Origin: Promethearchaeota archaeon
Lineage (GTDB): Archaea; Asgardarchaeota; Lokiarchaeia; Sigyniarchaeales; SOKP01
DNA length: 64,000 nucleotides
Assembly: GCA_008080735.1 (NCBI GenBank)
Contig: SHMW01000014.1
Span: forward strand, 11,490 to 75,489
Reading direction: 5' to 3'
Part shown: piece by piece, positions 9,942 to 20,126 of the stretch
How the letters are laid out: every line of letters begins with the position of its first letter
Numbering within the stretch: the stretch's first letter is position 1
Notes under the pieces: model-generated
Databases searched by the model: none
The model's input: the letters and a program-made list of their open reading frames with translations, nothing else
Told to the model about the DNA's origin: nothing
Made by a program: the position numbers and the translations under genes

Positions 9942-11444
9942 TTAAATTTTCACTACTATTCCTTTTTTTTCTAATGAGAATAATAATTTTGATTTAGTTC
10001 TTATTTTATTAAAACTAATATCAATTTCTTTCAGACTTTTAAGGTTTTTAATTGACTTAGAAATGGTCTTGATCTTATTTCCAGATAAATTAATGGTTTC
10101 TATTGAGCTTATGTCAAATATTTCTCTGGGAATGATTTCTAAATTATTCCAACTGATATCTAAATGTTTTAAAAATCTTAGCTGAGAAAAACTGTCGGGA
10201 AGATCTTGCAATTGATTATTATGGATGGATAAATCTCTTACTTGAGTTAATTCTCCAATCGAATTAGGTAAGGTTTTAATATTGTTATCATATAACTCAA
10301 TCTGTTTCAAACTTTCCAGCTCGTTAAGCAAATGAAGAGTATCTACATCCACTTTATTTCCTCCTAATCCTAACCTTTCAAGCGATTTCATTTTCAATAA
10401 ATTCTGTTCAATAGAGTTAATTGCATTCAATCCGATTTCCAAATAACTTAATCTATTCAACCCAGCTAATTCATTTGGTATCTCATCAAAATTATTACCG
10501 TACAGTTTTAAATTTTCTAAATTTTTTAGATTTTTAAAACTCATAGGAAGAGAGATTAGCTTATTATGACTTAAGTCTAAGGATCTAAGGGTTCTTAAAT
10601 CTCCGAAGGAGTCTGGCAGAGAAGTTAGACTATTATGTCTTAAATTAAGGTGCTGCAAGGATTCCATTTGGGAGAATGAATCTGGAATAATTTGTATTTG
10701 ATTGTTGCTCAAATCCATCTGCTCAAGAGATACAAGATTCGCTATATTAGTCGGGATTTTCCTTACTTTGTTCACCTTTAAATCGAGCTTTTGTAATTTA
10801 CTTAAAAAGCCTATATAGTGGGGTATTTTCGTAATAGTATTCCAATTAAAAATATTATGTCCGATACAAGAGAAATCCAAGTCTCTGATGTGGCCGTTTT
10901 TAATTTTATAGCGGAGTCGGTCAAATTTGTCCACAAGAAATTTGATGATATAATAATTTATTAACATTAATGCTAATTCTTGATTAGAATAATTTACTAG
11001 TTTGTTCTCTTCGATTAATGAAGTGATGTCTTTTTGAAACTTAATCATTTTTACATTAATCAGTTCATTTATTAGATATTCTCTTACTATATGATTATCT
11101 ATTTTTCCCAAAATCTTAATGATTGTTAAAATGCATTCCATCGAAGATTCATGCTTGTATGCCCAACACATCGGCTCAAATGCTTTTCCTAAATAATATT
11201 TACCTATTGTTTTTATCGCTAAAGCCCGGATTATCTCATTGGAATCGGAAATCATCAGATTTTCAAAAAAATCAAATAAAAAATTCCCCGCAATCCCAAT
11301 AGATTCTAAAAAATAGACACTATCAATTCTTCTTTCAATATCTGAAGAGTTTTGAATAATGCTGATCAATCGAAGTACTGCAGAATACTTGTCTAATCTT
11401 TTTTCTTCATAATGCTGCCAGATTATATTGGGATCCAATACCAT
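9942..11444 (-). CDS. HEAT-like + leucine-rich repeat protein
   Basis: N-terminal HEAT-like helices (LMISDSNEIIRALAIKTIG); 12 LRRs of about 23 aa (LxxLxLxxNxIxxLP). Confidence 0.9.
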   Translation of the reverse strand: MVLDPNIIWQHYEEKRLDKYSAVLRLISIIQNSSDIERRIDSVYFLESIGIAGNFLFDFFENLMISDSNEIIRALAIKTIGKYYLGKAFEPMCWAYKHESSMECILTIIKILGKIDNHIVREYLINELINVKMIKFQKDITSLIEENKLVNYSNQELALMLINYYIIKFLVDKFDRLRYKIKNGHIRDLDFSCIGHNIFNWNTITKIPHYIGFLSKLQKLDLKVNKVRKIPTNIANLVSLEQMDLSNNQIQIIPDSFSQMESLQHLNLRHNSLTSLPDSFGDLRTLRSLDLSHNKLISLPMSFKNLKNLENLKLYGNNFDEIPNELAGLNRLSYLEIGLNAINSIEQNLLKMKSLERLGLGGNKVDVDTLHLLNELESLKQIELYDNNIKTLPNSIGELTQVRDLSIHNNQLQDLPDSFSQLRFLKHLDISWNNLEIIPREIFDISSIETINLSGNKIKTISKSIKNLKSLKEIDISFNKIRTKSKLLFSLEKKGIVVKI

Positions 11445-11492
11445 TTTTCAAAAAACATATATTTCTAGAATTTAAATTTTTATTGTTTAGAT

Positions 11493-12569
11493 TTAATCAG
11501 ATAGATTTGCCAATCTCATAATCTCTCCGGCAATCTCCCTATACTTATGTTCCTCAATAAAATGTCCAATATTTTTAAAATATTGCACATTTCCCTTCAA
11601 TTGAGGAATATTTTCAGTCCATTGACTGATAACTCCCGTCTTTCCTAAGGGATCCCATCCACCAATTATCGCGCTCACTCCAATATTATGTCCATCTGGC
11701 CCCCAAGAAGAACGAATTTTATCTTGGATCATTTTATAAAATGGTTCTGTGTCTCTTTTTCCTAATTTAGGATCTTTATAGAGATTTCCATACCCCCACA
11801 TCTTTGTCTGCATTACCAATCGTTTTGAGCTCCTTACATTCATCTTAGAATAGAATTGTTCTTTGAACACTCTCTGGGCAATTGTATGGGTTTTTTGATA
11901 TAACTCCAATTCCATTAATGCGATATTTTTAACCATATTGGTTAAAAGCGGCAATGGTTTATTTGGATTTGTAAAGATAGCATAAGCCGCAAAATCCCCC
12001 CAAAACTTATCCGGAATGATGTATGGTGTATAACACCAACCCAACCACGAAATTGGATAATTCTGAAAAGTCAGTCCTGTTTTTGGGATTGGAAAGACCG
12101 TAGTATTAAGCAAAATTAAGTTGGAAACTCTTTCTGGTTCCCTTAAAAACGTACCAATTCCAATTGGACCACCCCAATCGTGGACAATTAGAGTTACCTT
12201 TTGAAGATTAAGGTGCTTGATGAGTTGAAATAAGTTTTCCGCGTGATCCATGCACACCATCTCATATGAGGCTTGGTCAGACAGCCCAAATCCAATATGA
12301 TCCATTGAAATTATCTGACATGCTTTTTTAGTATTATTTATTATATTTTTAATAATATTTCGATAGGTATAGGAACATTCAGGATTTCCGTGCACGAAAA
12401 CAATACATTCGTCTGGATTGCTCCCTAAAATATGTGATTTACGATAAAACATCTTCTTTCCTTTATCAAGGCCTTTTTTAAGGGTAAACCAAAAATAATC
12501 GCCTTCTGGACAATAATCATCTGGAATATGTTGAATCGGACTATTGCTTTTTATGTCTTGGATTTTCAT
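11493..12569 (-). CDS. Alpha/beta hydrolase, haloalkane dehalogenase/OleB-like
   Basis: HGNP oxyanion motif, DHIGFGLSD, nucleophile elbow HDWGG, catalytic His in GHF. Confidence 0.85.
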   Translation of the reverse strand: MKIQDIKSNSPIQHIPDDYCPEGDYFWFTLKKGLDKGKKMFYRKSHILGSNPDECIVFVHGNPECSYTYRNIIKNIINNTKKACQIISMDHIGFGLSDQASYEMVCMDHAENLFQLIKHLNLQKVTLIVHDWGGPIGIGTFLREPERVSNLILLNTTVFPIPKTGLTFQNYPISWLGWCYTPYIIPDKFWGDFAAYAIFTNPNKPLPLLTNMVKNIALMELELYQKTHTIAQRVFKEQFYSKMNVRSSKRLVMQTKMWGYGNLYKDPKLGKRDTEPFYKMIQDKIRSSWGPDGHNIGVSAIIGGWDPLGKTGVISQWTENIPQLKGNVQYFKNIGHFIEEHKYREIAGEIMRLANLSD

Positions 12570-12617
12570 ACTTAGAAATATTAAAAAGGATTAATTAATA
12601 GAGTGGATACTAGGATA

Positions 12618-14489
12618 TTAAAATGCTATAAAATTCCTCCTTTTCACACTTTCGATGAGATAGTTATCTATGTCAGAATCGCTCGTTTTTCTCTTTATCC
12701 CTTTAAGTAATTTGCAGTAATTACCCAATAAACGGAATTTAAAATTATTCCAACTCATTGAGAGTTTCGTCTTTACTGGAGTATGACCAGGAAATTCAGT
12801 TTTATAGGGAACAGCGCCATCTTGTAATTTTCCGTTTTTCTCATATTTATATCGCTTAAACGGTTCTTCTTTTGGATGTCTGTTGAATGGATCAATGTCA
12901 TTTTTAATTTTAAACTTCTTCGCTAATTTGTCAACCACCTTTCCTAAAAATTCCATGACAGCGGTCGGCTCTCCAATAAAATTTCTATATTTCTCGTCTA
13001 TTTTTCTTACTCTTCGTCTCACGACTCCGTTTGGAGCAAATCTATCCATTGCAGGAATTAAATTCCATAATACTGCCGCTTGTCGTTTGAAAAATTTCGA
13101 CTTATGTTCTTGCATTATTGGATTATCGGAATTTAAACAATATTCATATCCATTTAAACTAACATCAAGTTTTCTAAGTACAGATGGACCCCATGTTTTA
13201 TATAATAGATCATAACCATATTCTGTTAGATTTAAAGTCTCATGGGTTTCTAATGAGATATTTTCTTGAGAACCACTCCAAAAATGGACATCTTCCCACG
13301 GGACGTTCTTCACTCTACCATCTTCTTTCAATTTATCATAAAGAACAGTCCCCGGAAATGGGCTTAATCGAGTTATCTGCTGAAAAGTCGGATAACATGC
13401 CACAAAGTAGTTCAAATCCTCATACATATTTGAATGATCGTGCCAATCCCAACCACAGATCCAAGCACCAAGAGTTCTAATGCCCATTGAATGCAATTTG
13501 TGGAATAATTCACGAGCGTCAATTTCAGCTCTTTTATCATATCCATGCTCTCCCGCAAACTTGGATTCAACTCCGATAAAAATGGCACCAATCCCTATCT
13601 CCGCCACCGCATCCCAACCATATTTATCGGCAAATTTCCAGATATTATCAACTGAGCCAAAGGCTAACCAATCCATTGATTCTACGACTTCTGGATTTTT
13701 CCCCCAATAATCGCGTGTTTTAATTAAATATTCGGGATGTCTGAAATGATCCTCCTCAATAGTAAATATCTGCCGAACATTAGGAAAATGCTTATGATAT
13801 AATTCAATATGCTTCACAAATTCTTCAGGAGACAGCAATTGAAGCCGCTTAAACCCAAACATCTCTGTAGATGAACAAAAATCGCATCCTCCGGGGCATC
13901 CTAATCCTGATACTAAAAAGCCTACATTACCAATCGGATATTTATCAATAAACCACGGAACCCCGCCGCATTTAGGCATCAATTTCTGGTCGATTGGTCG
14001 TCCTGTTTCTTCTCCGAGAAATTCCCTCAAAAATCGGACACCCTCACCTTTAACTACATGATCGACATATTCTTTCTGAGTTTGTTCATCATATTTTCCT
14101 TTAAACGCTTGAGCTCCGTAAGATCCTAACAAAATTGTCGTTTCCGGGGAATTTTCTCGAATATATTTACACATTTTCATTACCATCTTAAGATGGACGG
14201 GAAACGCACTAATACCTATGGTTGCGTAGTGTTTATTTACTTCTCTCGTAAAATCTTTCCATCGAGGGTATTCCAAGAGAGTAGCAGGAATATCAATATT
14301 TTGAGCAAGGATATGGTTGGCATAACAATGGGTGTGAGAGATTAATGTAAAAATCTCATCTCCCTTTGTAAATCTCTGACCCGTAGCATCCGTCAATGAA
14401 TCATTTGCAGGAAGAGTTGGGTAAGGATAAGCGGGAGTTGTTAATAGGATTCGATCTTCAATCATATTATCACTTTTTTTATTATTCAA
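12618..14489 (-). CDS. Cobalamin-binding-domain radical SAM enzyme
   Basis: N-terminal B12-binding-like Rossmann region (IGISA...ILLGSYG); CPGGCDFC (CxxxCxxC); IFIGVES; SPFPGT. Confidence 0.85.
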   Translation of the reverse strand: MNNKKSDNMIEDRILLTTPAYPYPTLPANDSLTDATGQRFTKGDEIFTLISHTHCYANHILAQNIDIPATLLEYPRWKDFTREVNKHYATIGISAFPVHLKMVMKMCKYIRENSPETTILLGSYGAQAFKGKYDEQTQKEYVDHVVKGEGVRFLREFLGEETGRPIDQKLMPKCGGVPWFIDKYPIGNVGFLVSGLGCPGGCDFCSSTEMFGFKRLQLLSPEEFVKHIELYHKHFPNVRQIFTIEEDHFRHPEYLIKTRDYWGKNPEVVESMDWLAFGSVDNIWKFADKYGWDAVAEIGIGAIFIGVESKFAGEHGYDKRAEIDARELFHKLHSMGIRTLGAWICGWDWHDHSNMYEDLNYFVACYPTFQQITRLSPFPGTVLYDKLKEDGRVKNVPWEDVHFWSGSQENISLETHETLNLTEYGYDLLYKTWGPSVLRKLDVSLNGYEYCLNSDNPIMQEHKSKFFKRQAAVLWNLIPAMDRFAPNGVVRRRVRKIDEKYRNFIGEPTAVMEFLGKVVDKLAKKFKIKNDIDPFNRHPKEEPFKRYKYEKNGKLQDGAVPYKTEFPGHTPVKTKLSMSWNNFKFRLLGNYCKLLKGIKRKTSDSDIDNYLIESVKRRNFIAF

Positions 14490-14673
14490 TACAAGAAATG
14501 AGTATTATTGATCATCAAATCTCGCATCATTGTTGTAATTTATAAATTTATTACATAATTATATCGAAGAGTTACTATTTAAGTATTGTGCACATATAAC
14601 CAACACAATTAAACATATCTTTTTTAATTCAGATGAGCTATTATATAACATAATTGGAACTTCTCAAACTATT

Positions 14674-15369
14674 TTGGTTCTCGATGAGATGAAAAATCAA
14701 CAAGAAGAGAATAAGAGAAAAATTTTGGAAACATTGGAGGATTATCCGTTTGGATTAACAATCAAAGAACTCTCGGAAAAAACTAGATTTCACAGAAACA
14801 CGATTTCGAAGTATATGAGTATTTGTGAAGCTGAAGATCTAGTGGATAAAAAAGAAATTGCCGCCGCGAGTGTATATTTTACAAAAAAGCGAAAATATCT
14901 TAGAAAAGAGCTAGTAGTTTCCTTTATTAAGGCACTTCTTTTTGGATTGAAACAAAAAAAGCCAAATCAAGAAGAAAAATATAAGGAGATTGGTCATATA
15001 ATCAGTAAAGAATTCCAATTTCCCATAGGAAACACCCATGCTGAAGTATTTAAGAAAGCAAAAAAAAGTAAGGATATTATTCCAAAACTTAAATTATTCC
15101 AGCATTTTTATAATTCCTTTGATTTTTTTCAAGACACCTTAGAAATAACCATTGTTGAGTTAAATAATCATAAAATTACCTTCAGGTTAGAAAATTCTGA
15201 ATTTTTAGAACCATCGGAAAAATATCTCTATTTTTTCTATATAGCATGTGGGATTACTGAAGGAATTTATTTACAAAATTTAAATATGAAAGTCGAATGT
15301 TCTATTCAACATATTTCTAATTCAGATGAAAGTATTAGATATATAGACGTTCGTATAGAAGCGAAATAG
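14674..15369 (+). CDS. HTH transcriptional regulator with V4R-like C-terminal domain
   Basis: GLTIKELSEKTRFHRNTISKYM HTH; FFYIACGITEG V4R-like motif. Confidence 0.7.
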   Translation: MVLDEMKNQQEENKRKILETLEDYPFGLTIKELSEKTRFHRNTISKYMSICEAEDLVDKKEIAAASVYFTKKRKYLRKELVVSFIKALLFGLKQKKPNQEEKYKEIGHIISKEFQFPIGNTHAEVFKKAKKSKDIIPKLKLFQHFYNSFDFFQDTLEITIVELNNHKITFRLENSEFLEPSEKYLYFFYIACGITEGIYLQNLNMKVECSIQHISNSDESIRYIDVRIEAK

Positions 15370-15378
15370 AACTTAGGA

Positions 15379-15756
15379 TTAGTGGATAAAGAATGAATGT
15401 TTTTCCTTGAAAAATTTTTCCACCAATAATTCTGCGTCCTTGAATACGCTAATATTCGCCCCTAAATCGATAATATGTTTTCTAAACTGATCCTCGAATT
15501 TTTTTGAGAAGGCATCTAATTTTTTCAATAGCACGGGTAAATCCATAGAGGATATTAAGGATACCACATGATTTTTTCCATTACTAAAATACAGATATTT
15601 CCCCTCTTTAGCAATTTTCCGTAATTGTTTTTTGCTCTTATTTAATACATTTTGAAATATACTGTGTATATGATGCTTTTTAATGCGCTCAATTTTGTGT
15701 TTAAATTTTTTTGCATAATCTTTAGGCGCTGAGGCGTTTATATTCCGTTTGGCTAA
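15379..15756 (-). pseudogene. N-terminally truncated longin/roadblock-like domain remnant
   Basis: The frame extends upstream of the called GTG without an ATG: SIFQNVLNKSKKQLRKIAKEGKYLYFSNGKNHVVSLISSMDLPVLLKKLDAFSKKFEDQF...SVFKDAELLVEKFF, which resembles the second half of an Asgard longin-like domain. Confidence 0.45.
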
Positions 15757-15944
15757 TCAATCCTTTGATTGCAGAAATGGACTGGTTTTTTCGTGCTATC
15801 ATTTGCTATTAACTGAGATTTTCAGCTAAATTAAGTATAAATTATAAAAGTGAGTTTAAATAGATTTCTAAAAATAGTAAGCCTTATTTAATTCAAGGGA
15901 ATATGTAGTAATAATCTAAATTACATTTTTAGGAGCAATAGTTT

Positions 15945-16454
15945 ATGCTTATAGATAACCTCAATAAAGAAGAACTCAAGAATCTCTTGGTGAAAAATTG
16001 GATGAGTCATGATGGTGCGTGGTTTTTAAATACTTTTATGCGAGTGGGCATAAAAGAAGCTAACAAAATTAATAAAGGAGCCATAAGGACGTTAGCCTCA
16101 TTGGAAATTGCCAGAATAAAAAGATTGTCCGAATTCAGTGATAAGCAAATTTCTAATTACCAAGAATTAAAAGAATTCATGAAGACCACGTACAGCGTCC
16201 TGAAAGGGGATTTTATGGACTTTACCATCTCTTTCCCGGGTGAAAATCGGTTTCATTGGGAAATGCGCAAATGTTTCGCATTCGAAGGAATGAAACGGCT
16301 TGGAATTGAAAATAAATATGAATGTGGAGTGATTTACCGAGTAAGCTGTTGGTTAAAAGAACTGGGAATTAAACATAAAATTGTTCCAAAGTTTAAACAC
16401 TGCCTTTTAAATTCCCAGAACCAGTGTAGTGGGGATATAATTATAGAATTTTAA
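15945..16454 (+). CDS. DUF6125-family / V4R-like small-ligand-binding protein
   Basis: KNWMSHDGAWF motif and conserved cysteines (KCFAF, YEC, HC...QC). Confidence 0.6.
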   Translation: MLIDNLNKEELKNLLVKNWMSHDGAWFLNTFMRVGIKEANKINKGAIRTLASLEIARIKRLSEFSDKQISNYQELKEFMKTTYSVLKGDFMDFTISFPGENRFHWEMRKCFAFEGMKRLGIENKYECGVIYRVSCWLKELGIKHKIVPKFKHCLLNSQNQCSGDIIIEF

Positions 16455-16647
16455 AGTGTTAACTCATTTTATTATGATTTTCCTCTACTCGTTTTTTAAT
16501 AGGATGCAATATCAGTTTCTTTTATCTCGATGAATTCTGGGTTTAATAATTTTAGATAAGAAAAAGGCTTTTTCAAGCTAATTTATTCAATCGTTAAAAA
16601 TAAGTAAAAGTATATCATTAACTACTTAGCATTAAAAATTATTCGAA

Positions 16648-17736
16648 GTGATTAAGATCAGTCAAGCTACTTCTGATAAAGAATCTCCAGAAGAGGAAGA
16701 GGAGATTAAAAAACAACTTGGGATGGAACCCAACAAGCTTATTTTATCATGGAAATATAAAGATGTCGATAAAAAATTAACATATGACATAGAAAAATGC
16801 ATTGGATGCAGTTTATGCAAGGAAGTGTGTCCCGTTGATGCGATTGAACTCGGGCCAGTTCCCGAAATCGCTCAAGGGCTTTTAGATGAGTCTAATCCAA
16901 AAATTATGATTGACCACGAGAAATGCTGTTATTGCATGCTTTGTGCGATCGTATGCCCAAACGATGCGTTCCACGAGCATTTCCAACCAGAAGGTAGGAT
17001 CGACATGAATCAGTTCCCGCGTCTCGGGAAATTCTATAAAATCGATGAAGATAAATGTATTGAAGACGAGTCCAATGAAATATGTCAACTCTGTATCAAT
17101 TCGCGTGAGAGAAATAATGTTAAGGCGTATCACAAGATTCAGCAAGAATGCCCCACCCAATGTTTTCAAATAGAATCCCCCATTTCCGGAGAAGTTGTCC
17201 TAAAGGAGCATATGCTATATAAATGCGACCCTTCCGGATGTAAAGCTTGTGTAAATATTTGCCCCGTAGAATCGTTCTTTATCCCTCAAAGTGCGGAGGA
17301 TGTGAAAAAATATGGAAAAATTGCGTGCAACGAGGATGAATGTTTTTATTGTGGTGCCTGTGTAAATTCCTGTCCCGATGATTTAATTATTGTTGACCGC
17401 AAGAGCGTCGAAATTTTAGATCCAAAAACACCGGGTAATTATCCCTGGGTTGAAGCATGGATTAAACATATAAAAGAGATAATCAGAGAGCGGATTACGA
17501 AAGGAAAACCTCCAATTCACATTCCCTTAATAGAGGAAAAGATCGAAAAAGAAGCAAAAAAAGTCGAAGAAACGATTCCGCAAATCTCAGAAGAAGAAAA
17601 ACAACAACTCAGAGAAATTAATGACAAAATACAAGAGCTCTTAAAAAATAAAAAGGTACGATATTGGATTAAAGACGGAAAAGCTGACAAAGTTGCCGCC
17701 GAATTAGATAAGCTTCTTAATAAAATGACTACCTAA
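16648..17736 (+). CDS. Polyferredoxin (multiple 4Fe-4S clusters, FwdF-like)
   Basis: CIGCSLCKEVCP, CCYCMLCAIVCP, CDPSGCKACVNICP and CFYCGACVNSCP, plus a degenerate cluster motif. Confidence 0.85.
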   Translation: MIKISQATSDKESPEEEEEIKKQLGMEPNKLILSWKYKDVDKKLTYDIEKCIGCSLCKEVCPVDAIELGPVPEIAQGLLDESNPKIMIDHEKCCYCMLCAIVCPNDAFHEHFQPEGRIDMNQFPRLGKFYKIDEDKCIEDESNEICQLCINSRERNNVKAYHKIQQECPTQCFQIESPISGEVVLKEHMLYKCDPSGCKACVNICPVESFFIPQSAEDVKKYGKIACNEDECFYCGACVNSCPDDLIIVDRKSVEILDPKTPGNYPWVEAWIKHIKEIIRERITKGKPPIHIPLIEEKIEKEAKKVEETIPQISEEEKQQLREINDKIQELLKNKKVRYWIKDGKADKVAAELDKLLNKMTT

Positions 17737-17814
17737 ATAATATCAGTTCAATTTTTTAACAAATAATCGTTTTCATAAGATTTAAAACAAAAAAATAAAA
17801 AAATACCTATAAAA

Positions 17815-18567
17815 TTAGGTTTTGCCATATTTTTTAAAGATTAGAATTCCAGCAATCACTATTATGATGCTGAAAATTGAGACTATGGCAAGATTTGACC
17901 ATATCGAGATGTCAGTTAGTACTGTTCCGCTCAGTATCTTAGTAATAGATTCGGTAACATAATAACTTGGCAATACCATTGCTATTATCTGGGTGGTGCT
18001 AGTTATTGGAATAAAGGTTCCAAAAAACATCTGAGGTAAGATAAAAATGAACGCCAGTCCTGTTGCGGTTCCAGAATTTTTTGAAATGGTGGCGGTTATG
18101 AGTCCTAAACCTACTGAACAGATCGAAAGAATAGCAATAAACACAAAAGATAAGCTTATTCCAATAAGATGTGCTTCTGAACGGTATCCTATTAAGAAAG
18201 ATGTGAGTGCCACTATCGCTACTTGAAGCATCGAAAGAATTGTATTAGAGACAAGATGACTTCCCATGAATTCTGAAGAAGTGGTAGGCGTAAGATTAAT
18301 TCTCTTCAAAAGTCCCGTTTCTCTATCGTCAGTAAAAGTCTGAGCAACCGTCATTATTATAAATATACACGCATATGCGTATAATCCTGGAACCATAAGC
18401 TCGAATTGATTTTTACCTGGTATTGCGGATTCTATCTCTGAAAAACCTAATCCAAATGTCAAAGTTAATGCCGCAGGGAATAATAGCATCAAAAAAAGAT
18501 AGGCAGGTTCTCTAATCATCTTTTTTAATTCCATTAATGTGAGGGCAAATAGTTTTCGCATTTTCAT
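17815..18567 (-). CDS. ABC-2 type transporter permease
   Basis: Six TM segments; DRETGLLKRINLTP signature. Confidence 0.9.
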   Translation of the reverse strand: MKMRKLFALTLMELKKMIREPAYLFLMLLFPAALTLTFGLGFSEIESAIPGKNQFELMVPGLYAYACIFIIMTVAQTFTDDRETGLLKRINLTPTTSSEFMGSHLVSNTILSMLQVAIVALTSFLIGYRSEAHLIGISLSFVFIAILSICSVGLGLITATISKNSGTATGLAFIFILPQMFFGTFIPITSTTQIIAMVLPSYYVTESITKILSGTVLTDISIWSNLAIVSIFSIIIVIAGILIFKKYGKT

Positions 18568-18568
18568 T

Positions 18569-19348
18569 TTAGATCCCCTCCAATATTCTTCTACCAGTTA
18601 TCTCTAAAAAGACCTCCTCAAGATTTTTCGCATTATATCTTTCTAACAAAATTTGGGGTGGTCCTAAAGCTATTAATTCGCCATAATCGATAATTGCGAT
18701 GGTATCACTCAAAGCTTCCGCCTCCTCAATATAATGGGTCGTTAAAATAACCGTCTTATTGCGTTCTTTAAGAGAGGATATAAACTTCCACACATTTCTG
18801 CGCGCTCGAGGATCCATTCCAACAGTGGGCTCATCAAGGAAAACTATCTCTGGATTCCCGATCAAAGCCATGAGCATATTTAATATTCTTAACATTCCTC
18901 CACTGTATGTTTTTGCCTTTCTTTTGCTTTCTTCAACGAAATTAATTGATTTTAGAAGGAAATCGGTTCTTTCTCTTATCTCTTGTTTCTTTAAATCATA
19001 TAGAACTCCAAATAACTCGATATTTTCTCTACCTGTAAGGAATTTATAAACGGCTTCATGTTGGGGACATACTCCAATTAGATTTTTAATTCTTCTCAGA
19101 TCTTTTTTTATATTGTAGCCATTTACAAAAATTTCACCTTCAGTTGGTTTTAGTAAACCATTTAGCATATTGATAGTAGTCGTCTTGCCAGCACCATTTG
19201 GACCTAATAGACCGAATACCTCCCCCCTTCTAATTTTTAAAGAAAGGTTATTCACAGCTTCCAAATCTCCATATTTTTTGGTCAAATTACTAATCTCAAT
19301 TGCCATTTCTGGCATAGATTTTTCTTGTTTACTTTTCGTTTGAGACAT
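18569..19348 (-). CDS. ABC-2/multidrug transporter ATP-binding subunit
   Basis: GPNGAGKTT, YSGGM, FLDEPT, LTTH. Confidence 0.95.
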   Translation of the reverse strand: MSQTKSKQEKSMPEMAIEISNLTKKYGDLEAVNNLSLKIRRGEVFGLLGPNGAGKTTTINMLNGLLKPTEGEIFVNGYNIKKDLRRIKNLIGVCPQHEAVYKFLTGRENIELFGVLYDLKKQEIRERTDFLLKSINFVEESKRKAKTYSGGMLRILNMLMALIGNPEIVFLDEPTVGMDPRARRNVWKFISSLKERNKTVILTTHYIEEAEALSDTIAIIDYGELIALGPPQILLERYNAKNLEEVFLEITGRRILEGI

Positions 19349-19527
19349 TTCTAATTATTATTAAGTTTTTTATACTATTGATAAAATAGTATTGAATATA
19401 CTTAAGAGATTTTGAGTCCAATTTTTATTCATTGGCATTTAAGATTATAAAATTCAAAAATAAAATTTGTACTTAATTCCCTATGAAAATATAAATATTT
19501 AATTAGTTGTTGAAATAAAAGTTTACT

Positions 19528-20061
19528 ATGTACTTTCCTAAATTATCGGAATGGCCATCGGCTAAGATTTTAAAGCGAATTATTATCGGTGCGGTAATTC
19601 TTCTCATCATTGTATATCCTTTTATGAGCTGGTATTTTATGGTATCTGCATTTCCAGTTGGGTTCTTTGAAAGTCAATTGTCGTTTAATGGAGAGATTCT
19701 GAAGATATATTATAGTACAACTAATATAGACCTATATAGAATTGGACAACTACTAGATTATGGATTTATGGTAAGTTATGGACTACTATTTTTTTCTGTT
19801 TCACTAATTATCGCACGGAAATTTGAAAATGAATCGAAAGGAAGACAAGTGGGATCTATCATTGCATTGATCGGTGTATTCGCCGCAATATGTGACGGAA
19901 TTGAGAATTTATTTATTCTTATTATGCTCGTTGACCCTCTCGGATTTCCGAATATTATCGCAATTATCCACTCGGTATTCGCCCTCATTAAATATGTCTG
20001 TTTTATTCCTGCCTTGGGATATATAATAATTGCTGGTCTGGTGCAATTGATTAAAAAATAA
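19528..20061 (+). CDS. Conserved hypothetical 4-TM membrane protein
   Basis: Four hydrophobic helices with polar motifs LDYGF and CDGIEN. Confidence 0.65.
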   Translation: MYFPKLSEWPSAKILKRIIIGAVILLIIVYPFMSWYFMVSAFPVGFFESQLSFNGEILKIYYSTTNIDLYRIGQLLDYGFMVSYGLLFFSVSLIIARKFENESKGRQVGSIIALIGVFAAICDGIENLFILIMLVDPLGFPNIIAIIHSVFALIKYVCFIPALGYIIIAGLVQLIKK

Positions 20062-20126
20062 TTTTCACTACTTTTTTCTTTTTTTGAAAGGTCTAATAGA
20101 GTGAGGAGAACTAAGAAAAGCCTTAT

